DNA of 64,000 bases, from assembly GCA_965217585.1 (NCBI GenBank), contig OZ244561.1, forward strand, positions 3,424,001-3,488,000, written 5' to 3'. Each line of letters begins with the position of its first letter. Within the stretch, counting starts at the first letter, position 1. Positions 57,214-64,000 of the stretch are shown here, in pieces. This DNA comes from Candidatus Latescibacterota bacterium (GTDB taxonomy: Bacteria; Latescibacterota; UBA2968; UBA8231). The notes under the pieces were generated by a model. It did no database searches and was not told the DNA's origin. It worked only from the letters and a program-made list of their open reading frames with translations. The position numbers and the translations under genes were made by a program.

Positions 57214-59568
57214 TTACTTCTCCTGCATCCGCACCGGCGACGCCGCTAGCCCGTCGGTCTTTATCACCTCGCCGCTTTTGTCAACCTGACCAAATTCCAG
57301 CACGCCCGTCGGACAAGACTGCACGCACGCGCTACAGCGCACGCACTCCGGATCGGCCATCGGCAGGCCCTTGTTGGCGAAGTTCATAACGTCGATGCCT
57401 TGATGGCACACCGAGGTGCAGACATTGCAGGAGATGCATTTTTTCTTGTCGGCGAGGATGCGGAAGCGGCTGAAGCGCGCATAGATGTGCATCAGGGCCG
57501 CCAGCGGGCAGGCGAAGCGGCACCACACCCGGCCGCTGAACCAGAAATAGGCACCGTAGCCCACTACGCCCGCCAGCATCAGATCAATGGCCCATTTGTA
57601 GTTGATCTGGATGCCTAAGACCTGCCAGCCGTAGAGCATGCCCTCGTACAGCCCGCGCACCCATTGACCCAAGCTCGTGTCCGGCCACACCCAGCTCGCG
57701 ATCCTCCCTAGGAGCATCACCACGCACAGGAAGAGGATCACTTGGCCGATGATGTTCATCTTGTTCCAGAAGGCCCCGTGCGGCATCTTGTGCCGCTGCG
57801 TGTCGCCCAAGGTCTCGGCGAGTGCACCGCAGGAACAGATCCAGCCGCAATAGGCTCCCTTGCCCCAGAAGTAGATGAGCAGCGGGATCGCCACAAACGT
57901 CTGTACCGCGCCGATGACTAGCCACCACCACAGCGGCTCGCCGCTGAAGACGTTCCACACAAAGAGCGGCCAAGCCAGCACCAGCCCAAAAGCTCGCCAG
58001 TACTCGCGCCCGTGGTCGTAATTGACCACCGGGAAGAGTCCGTCGGCCACCGTCTTGGCCCAACCCGAATCGAAAAACCCGTTGTGCCCCAAATAGGGGA
58101 GGACGATGTACGGCAGGAGAAAGAGCGGAACGACCTGCACCGCCCCTAGCGAAAAGGTCTGCCACTTGACGTAAGGGGTGCGCCGCTGCGCGATGCGCCG
58201 ATAGCCGAAGACGACGATCAAGAGCGTATAGAGTACGCTGTACCAGAAACCGGGTTTGCCGAGGTTGAAGGTCAGAATGCCCAAGAGCGTTGACAGGTCC
58301 GCCGCCTGAGCCGAGAGGCCGTGCATCCACGCAGACAAGTTGAAGGGGAAGAGTTGTCCGTCCTTGAAGACCTTGGTCAGCGCGCCGCCGGCCTTCCAGT
58401 TATAGACGAAAAAGCAAAAGGCCATGAAGAGTCCAAAGCCCCACCACTGCTTGCTCTTCATTTCGCCGCTTATTTCGACGCCTGAACGGCGAAAAAAATC
58501 GAGCGGTGCCTCGCGCCCAATCATGGAAAACACCGCGTCGTTGGGCAGGCTCTGTTCCTCGCCCTCGGCGTCTTTGAGCGCGACGCGCTCCTCCTCAATG
58601 CCCAGCACTTGGCTGGCCATCAGTAGGCGGATCGAGCCGGCTTTGCGGCCCTCCTCCATGAAGTGGCCGCTGCTGGTTGTCACCCGCTCCGAGGATGGCG
58701 TATCCACGGCCACATCGGCCAGCGGATCGGCTGCCAACTTTTCTAACTTCTCGACGTTGTCCGGCTTGGGCCGCGAGAATTCGGGCTTGCGATACGAGAT
58801 GGTCACTCGCCCGCCGCACTGGGCAATGGCGATGGCTGTCTCCAAGGCGCTGTCGCCGCCGCCGACCACCAGCACGTCCTTGTCGCAGAAGTCAACCGGA
58901 TCGTGCAGGCGGTTGAACACTTTGTCCGTATCCTCGCCCGGCACCCCCAGCTTGCGAAAGTTGCCCGAGCGCCCGATGCCTACTACTACTCGGCGAGCCT
59001 TGAGATTCTCCTGCCCCGGGATATCCAATTCAAAGTGGTCTCCCCGCCGTGTGACCCGTTCGACGCGCCCCCTAGTTGGTTCGATGCCCTGGGCGAGCGT
59101 CTGCTCGTGCAACTCCTCGATCAGCGGTTCCTTGACCTCGGCCGCAAAGCGAATCTGCCCAGCCGGCTCCATCTCGGTGGGGTAGGTGTAAATCGGCTTC
59201 CCCTTAGGGAAGTTGACCAAGGTCGAAAACGGCTCGGTCGCCTCCAAAAGCGCGAACGACAACCCGGCCTCTCGCGCCTCTAGGGCCGCCGACATCCCCG
59301 AAACCCCGGCTCCGACGATCGCCAAGTCCAAGACCTCTTCCCCTCCCTTGTGGCGCTGGAAATCCTCGTCCGCCAGTATGTGCTGCACGGCCCGCGCACC
59401 CGTATCGGCTGAGAACTTCAACAGCGGAATCCCGGTCAAGTCGCCGACGATGTACAGCCCGGGGACATTGCTCTGCCCGTGCTCATCCACCCGCGGCAAC
59501 TTCTCCACCACCCCGGCCGGCCACCGCAGGTGCAACCAGTGCAGATAGCGACTGAGAAAATTGCTCAT
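57214..59568 (-). CDS. FAD/NAD(P)-dependent oxidoreductase fused to a NapH/MauN-like membrane polyferredoxin domain
   Basis: IVGAGVSG, VVGGGDSA, CGWICSCG, WCRFACP and two CxxCxxCxxxC 4Fe-4S motifs. Confidence 0.85.
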   Translation of the reverse strand: MSNFLSRYLHWLHLRWPAGVVEKLPRVDEHGQSNVPGLYIVGDLTGIPLLKFSADTGARAVQHILADEDFQRHKGGEEVLDLAIVGAGVSGMSAALEAREAGLSFALLEATEPFSTLVNFPKGKPIYTYPTEMEPAGQIRFAAEVKEPLIEELHEQTLAQGIEPTRGRVERVTRRGDHFELDIPGQENLKARRVVVGIGRSGNFRKLGVPGEDTDKVFNRLHDPVDFCDKDVLVVGGGDSALETAIAIAQCGGRVTISYRKPEFSRPKPDNVEKLEKLAADPLADVAVDTPSSERVTTSSGHFMEEGRKAGSIRLLMASQVLGIEEERVALKDAEGEEQSLPNDAVFSMIGREAPLDFFRRSGVEISGEMKSKQWWGFGLFMAFCFFVYNWKAGGALTKVFKDGQLFPFNLSAWMHGLSAQAADLSTLLGILTFNLGKPGFWYSVLYTLLIVVFGYRRIAQRRTPYVKWQTFSLGAVQVVPLFLLPYIVLPYLGHNGFFDSGWAKTVADGLFPVVNYDHGREYWRAFGLVLAWPLFVWNVFSGEPLWWWLVIGAVQTFVAIPLLIYFWGKGAYCGWICSCGALAETLGDTQRHKMPHGAFWNKMNIIGQVILFLCVVMLLGRIASWVWPDTSLGQWVRGLYEGMLYGWQVLGIQINYKWAIDLMLAGVVGYGAYFWFSGRVWCRFACPLAALMHIYARFSRFRILADKKKCISCNVCTSVCHQGIDVMNFANKGLPMADPECVRCSACVQSCPTGVLEFGQVDKSGEVIKTDGLAASPVRMQEK

Positions 59569-59600
59569 GTCATCTCTCCCTAAGTTTGGTTGTGCTCTGG

Positions 59601-61046
59601 TCAGCGCACCAAAGCCATGCTCCGCGCTTGGACAAAGCCGGCCGCTGGTACTTCCAACCGGTATAAGTACGCGCCACTGGCCACCTGCTGCCCGGCGTCG
59701 TCGCGCCCGTCCCAGGGCTGCAAGTATAGCCCAGCCGCTTGGTGTTCGTCCACTAGTGAGCGCACCCGCTGCCCAGCCGCGTTGAACACGCTGAGCCGCA
59801 CTGGCCCGGCCGCCGGCAGCTCGTACTGGATTAGTGTCTGAGCGTTGAACGGGTTGGGGAAATTTTGCCGCAGGGCAAAGCCCGCAGGCCCGGCGTCAAA
59901 GGCTTCGACGACCGTTGTGACTTGCTCGATATCCTCTGGGCTGAGAATCCCCTCGCCCGGCTGCCAGACCTCAGTATCGGGCCAGTAGGCGGTCCAGGCA
60001 AACCACATGGCGTTATAGGTGGGGACTTGCGCTAACCGCCGCCCCGCGAGCGGCCCTGCGACGGCTTCTCCGAGCATGTTCCAGCGCGAACCCGTTTCCG
60101 CATCCATGAATTCCACCGGCAGCGGCCCCTCGGACTCCACTCCGTAAAAGCTCAAGGGCTCGTCGTCGAGTTGGCTGAAATAGGCCAAGGCCGTGCGCGA
60201 CGCGGCGTCGAATAGGATGACTACGAGGTCGTCACCGACGAGATCGTTGATTACCGCCCCGTCGGGCATCAGCGCGAAGGGGTAGGCTTTGATCTGGTCG
60301 CCACGGCACAACCCCAATACGAGGTCCTTGGTTTCAAAGCGGTGGTCGAATGCGCCGCTGTTGGTCGTGGGTCGGAAGATCAAGTCGTCGTGGTTAGTGC
60401 GGTAGTTGCCGTAGGGATAGAAGGTATATTGATCTTCATTGTAAGCTGGTCTCGAGTTATAATGCTCCCAGCCCGTGGTGGCTTGTACCACGGTAGTGCT
60501 TGGGTACATACGCTGCCACAGTGCCCAAGTCGTCTCTATCACGGGCATCAGCTCTAGGCGGTCGCCGGCCCGAGTGCCGTTAATGGCCGTGTAAATCATC
60601 TGCGGGTAGAGCGTTTCGCCGTCGCGCCGGTCGTACATGACCAAGTTGCTGTTGATCAGCAGACCGGAGACTCCGAACTCGATTTGCGAGCCATCGCTAT
60701 CGGTGGCGTTGAAGACTTGGCCGGTACCTGTAAGCGGACACAAAGACACTACGACCGACTGATCGCCAACGCGATCATTGATGATCTCGTTCCACCAGCC
60801 GATGTTGTGCGGATAGGCCCGTGGTTCGCCGTTGATAACCAGCCCCATGACCACGTCGTCTTCCGCTAGGTAGCCAATTTCGTCCGGTGCCACGAAGGTG
60901 GGATTGGTTAGGGCCGGAATGCCGTCTTTGGGCACCCCACCAGAGACGAGGTGGCTAGTGAGAAAGCCCGGCTCGTCGTAGCGGCCAGCTTCAGCCGGAT
61001 AGATCGCCACCAGCAGCAGCAAAGCGGACAGATAGCCATGTCGCAT
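59601..61046 (-). CDS. DUF3179 domain protein with C-terminal FlgD-Ig/T9SS-type domain
   Basis: KDGIPAL, SLCPLTG, FGVSGLL, NLVMYDR; QNFPNPFN...WDGRDDAG...ASGAYLYRL. Confidence 0.88.
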   Translation of the reverse strand: MRHGYLSALLLLVAIYPAEAGRYDEPGFLTSHLVSGGVPKDGIPALTNPTFVAPDEIGYLAEDDVVMGLVINGEPRAYPHNIGWWNEIINDRVGDQSVVVSLCPLTGTGQVFNATDSDGSQIEFGVSGLLINSNLVMYDRRDGETLYPQMIYTAINGTRAGDRLELMPVIETTWALWQRMYPSTTVVQATTGWEHYNSRPAYNEDQYTFYPYGNYRTNHDDLIFRPTTNSGAFDHRFETKDLVLGLCRGDQIKAYPFALMPDGAVINDLVGDDLVVILFDAASRTALAYFSQLDDEPLSFYGVESEGPLPVEFMDAETGSRWNMLGEAVAGPLAGRRLAQVPTYNAMWFAWTAYWPDTEVWQPGEGILSPEDIEQVTTVVEAFDAGPAGFALRQNFPNPFNAQTLIQYELPAAGPVRLSVFNAAGQRVRSLVDEHQAAGLYLQPWDGRDDAGQQVASGAYLYRLEVPAAGFVQARSMALVR

Positions 61047-61069
61047 CAGATGCTCCTTTCGCTCAGCTT

Positions 61070-63097
61070 CTACGAGCCAGCGCGTTGATGTTCGCGCGGT
61101 TTTCTTCCATACCGCTCCCGCAAGACTCGCCGCATCACCTTGTTCGACGCAGTCCGCGGCAGCGATTCCACCACTACTACCTCGTGAATCTTGAAGAGCG
61201 GATTGAGTTCCCGGCGGATCGTTTGTTGCATCGCTTCTTGCAAGCGGTCGCCGGCGTCCTCTAGCACAGCGAAGACCACCAGCAGACTCGGTCCACCCCC
61301 CGGCGGCGGCGCTGCAATCGCCGCGGTCTCGACCACGCCCGGCATCGCGTTCAAGACTCGCTCGATCTCCGCGGAACTCACCTTGATCCCGCCTAGGTTC
61401 ATCGCGTCGTCGGCACGGCCATGGACCCGGTAGATGCCCGGGGCCAGCCGCTCAACTTGGTCGCCGTGGCGGCGCAGTGGCACCCCGTCCCGCTTGGGCA
61501 CGCCCGCATAATACACTTCGCGGTGGTCGCGGTTGAGCACCCGAGTTGACATTCCAATGGCGGGCGGCACCAGAAAAACCTCGCCGCTTGCGCACTCCTG
61601 CCCGTCTTCGTCTAAAATTGCCAAGTCCGTCCCCAGCGTCGCCGAGTTAAAGGTTGCGGGTGCGACCGGCTCGACTAGCGTGCTGAGCAAGTAGCCACCC
61701 GCCAGCTCGGTGCCGCCACAGTATTCGAGTATTGGCCGATACCCCGCCAGTGCCATCAGATAGTGCATGTCCTCGGCGTTGGAGCACTCCCCCGTGGCAC
61801 TAAAAGCCCGAATTGCCGAAAAGTCGATTCCCTCCATGCAGCCCGTGCTGCGCCAAGTCCGCACCATGCTTGGGATGACGCCGAGCATGGTAATGCCAGC
61901 CGCCTGCACAAACTCCCCAAAGCCCCGTTCCGTCGGCGCGCCATAGTAGAGCGCCATGGTCGCCCGGTTCAAAAAGGCGGCGTAGATCAGCCACGGCCCC
62001 ATCATCCAGCCCAAATTGGTTGGCCAAGCGACCACGTCGCCCGGGTGGACATCTTGGTGATAGTGCGCGTCTGCGCCGCACTTGATCGGATTGACATGGG
62101 TCCAAGGCAGGGCCTTGGGGTCGCCGGTAGTCCCCGATGAAAACAGGACATTAGTTGTCTCGTCGGGGTCACAGGTCACGGCCGCGGGCATAGCGTCGGC
62201 CGACAAGAATTCGTCCCAGCGCAGATCCCCGGGGCGCAATGTCTCCGTCAACCCTTCCACACGCCCCGGCAACGCGATCGCCAACGGGGCCTCTGCGGCG
62301 ACCAAGCGCGAGTACAGCGGCAACTCGCGCCCACCGCGCAAAATCACGTCCTGCGTAAAAACGGCCTTGGCCTCCCCAATCCGCAGCCGGGCGGCGATCT
62401 GGGGGGCGGCGAAGCTGTCGGCAATGGCGACCACCGCGCAACCGGCCTTGATGATCCCCAGATAGATCGCCACCGACTCGGCCGTCATCGGCATGGCCAC
62501 GGCAATCCGGTCGCCGGGACCAAATCCCAACGCGCACAACCCGCCGGCGACCCGGTCGCACAGAGCTTCTAGGGTACCGAAACTCATCCGCTCAAGTCGA
62601 CCACCCTCGCGCTGGAAAACAATGGCCGTCTGATCGGCGGGGGCTTGGAAGCAGTTCTCGGCGATGTTCATCTCGGCCCCGACAAACCACTTGGGCGCTT
62701 CGATTCCTTTGGAGAGGTCGAGCAGCCGCGTGTATGGCTTGCGAAAGCGGATTCCCAAGCGGGCGACCGTCCGCTCCCAAAACGCCTCTCGTTCTGCAAT
62801 CGACCACGCAAAAAGCGCGGTGTGCGAATCCAGACCGAGTTCGCGCCGCAGCGCCGTTATATGCGCGTGCTCAACATCTGCTGGCTCGGGGAAAAACACC
62901 GGGCCACCCGCGTTGCCGTAGATTTTTCGATAGAGCAACTGGTGCAGCGCGAAGGGATGATCCGGCCTCAGAATGCAGCGGGCCGCCTCCCGCCAGCGCA
63001 CTTCCGGCGTGCCAGAGAGGGCTTCGACTTGGGCGAGGAGCTTGGCAGCCTCTAGCTCGCCTACCTCGCAGCCGATGATGTCTGCGCGTTGGATCAT
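61070..63097 (-). CDS. AMP-binding acyl-CoA synthetase (AAE17/18-like)
   Basis: LFSSGTTGDPK, EYCGGTEL, GRADDAMNLGGIK, LPRTASNKV. Confidence 0.9.
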   Translation of the reverse strand: MIQRADIIGCEVGELEAAKLLAQVEALSGTPEVRWREAARCILRPDHPFALHQLLYRKIYGNAGGPVFFPEPADVEHAHITALRRELGLDSHTALFAWSIAEREAFWERTVARLGIRFRKPYTRLLDLSKGIEAPKWFVGAEMNIAENCFQAPADQTAIVFQREGGRLERMSFGTLEALCDRVAGGLCALGFGPGDRIAVAMPMTAESVAIYLGIIKAGCAVVAIADSFAAPQIAARLRIGEAKAVFTQDVILRGGRELPLYSRLVAAEAPLAIALPGRVEGLTETLRPGDLRWDEFLSADAMPAAVTCDPDETTNVLFSSGTTGDPKALPWTHVNPIKCGADAHYHQDVHPGDVVAWPTNLGWMMGPWLIYAAFLNRATMALYYGAPTERGFGEFVQAAGITMLGVIPSMVRTWRSTGCMEGIDFSAIRAFSATGECSNAEDMHYLMALAGYRPILEYCGGTELAGGYLLSTLVEPVAPATFNSATLGTDLAILDEDGQECASGEVFLVPPAIGMSTRVLNRDHREVYYAGVPKRDGVPLRRHGDQVERLAPGIYRVHGRADDAMNLGGIKVSSAEIERVLNAMPGVVETAAIAAPPPGGGPSLLVVFAVLEDAGDRLQEAMQQTIRRELNPLFKIHEVVVVESLPRTASNKVMRRVLRERYGRKPREHQRAGS

Positions 63098-64000
63098 GGT
63101 GCTACGACCACCCGCACGCTCCAGCTCAATTCCGTCGGCGGAAGGCAACGGGTCTCGTCACAGGCCTGATATTGGACCAAGAACCGCACATCACCTACCG
63201 TCCCCGCCGCACTTTTGGGCAGCGACAAATCCGCCCACAGCGCGACCTGATCCTCGTACACCGAGAGCGTCTCTGCTAGGGCCGGGAAGGCCTGCGATCG
63301 GCCGATGGGATAGCGCACGCGAGCAAAGTCCAGCGGCCAGTCCGCATTGAGTGTCAGCGAGGTGGGAATGAGGAAGTCGCCCGAGGGCGGGTTGGCGTTG
63401 ATGTGCCAGCCCGGGCGGATGTCCAGATGCACGGCCACGGCAAAAGCCTCGCCCGCCACGGGCTGTTGCACGGGCAGTTCGACCCGCATGGAGACCAGCG
63501 AATCCGCTTGGGTGTCCTCTAATGCGGTTGCGGACAGCGACGCTTGCAGATGGCGCTCGACCGCAGCCGCCAAATGCACCGAGGCCGAGGGTTGCCCCCA
63601 CATGGCCCCGCCAAAAGCGGATAGGATTTGCGCCGCCCGGCTGAGATAGTGCGCTTGGCCCGTTAGCTCGGCCAAGTCTAGCAGCGCGTGGGCTGCCACC
63701 GCATTGCCCGAAGGCAGAGCCGAGTCCTGGGCGAATTTGCTCCGCACGATGAGCGCGTTGCTGGCTTCCGTAAAGAAAAATCCCCCAACCTCTTGGTCCC
63801 AAAACCGCGCCACCATCTCGGCGCTCAGCTCGCGCGCGGCCTGTAACCACCGCGTCTCGCCGGTCGCCCGGTACAATGCCGTCAGCCCGCGTGCCAAAAA
63901 CGCATAGTCGTTTAGATACGCCGCCTGCTGCGAAACCCCCAGCCGATGGACCCTCCACAACCCCCCGTCCTCGCGCCGCAGGTTCTTCAGAGCAAAATCG
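63094..64000 (-). CDS. 3' part of a DUF255/YyaL-like thioredoxin-domain protein with C-terminal DsbD-N-like domain
   Basis: AYLNDYAFL, GGFF, DSALPSGN; GWHINAN...YQACDETRCLPP; starts beyond the window edge. Confidence 0.85.
   Translation of the reverse strand, partial: DFALKNLRREDGGLWRVHRLGVSQQAAYLNDYAFLARGLTALYRATGETRWLQAARELSAEMVARFWDQEVGGFFFTEASNALIVRSKFAQDSALPSGNAVAAHALLDLAELTGQAHYLSRAAQILSAFGGAMWGQPSASVHLAAAVERHLQASLSATALEDTQADSLVSMRVELPVQQPVAGEAFAVAVHLDIRPGWHINANPPSGDFLIPTSLTLNADWPLDFARVRYPIGRSQAFPALAETLSVYEDQVALWADLSLPKSAAGTVGDVRFLVQYQACDETRCLPPTELSWSVRVVVAP

Noticed and set aside
59601-61046. Selenocysteine readthrough in DUF3179
   Set aside because: The redox position is an ordinary Cys (SLCPLT) and there is no in-frame TGA

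Overview
High-GC bacterial window. The gene content (several sulfatases, FlgD-Ig/T9SS-type C-termini, a 'TSWGQIK' tail, a eukaryote-like L-domain protein, DUF1640) resembles Latescibacterota/FCB-group or sponge-associated lineages; this is inference only. Layout: (1) 0.3-10.7 kb catabolic and transport genes; (2) about 10.7-22 kb variable, partly decayed accessory island, where mostly minus-strand genes (three different restriction-fold nucleases, an LptE-like lipoprotein, a beta-barrel protein, a Cys-rich secreted protein) are separated by three families of short local repeats, ending in a group II intron DV/DVI remnant; (3) 25.6-31.3 kb second defence island (AAA/ABC ATPase, MmeI-like R-M enzyme, duplicated ATPase 5' end, an uncharacterised gene pair with a HEPN RxxxxH motif); (4) 35-50 kb housekeeping run (proC-hisH-hisF-proB-ftsB-recO-glyQS-tRNA-Leu-tig-clpP-clpX-engB-serA-purA-prpB-prpC); (5) histone-H1-like/SWIB fusion, carA, aroC, PPK2 and a redox-type operon containing an apparently circularly permuted flavoprotein-ferredoxin fusion. 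The best candidates for an undescribed system are the repeat-punctuated nuclease/surface-protein array (13.3-20.2 kb) and the HEPN-motif gene pair (25.6-26.6 kb). All family assignments are from motif recognition by eye; no searches were run.
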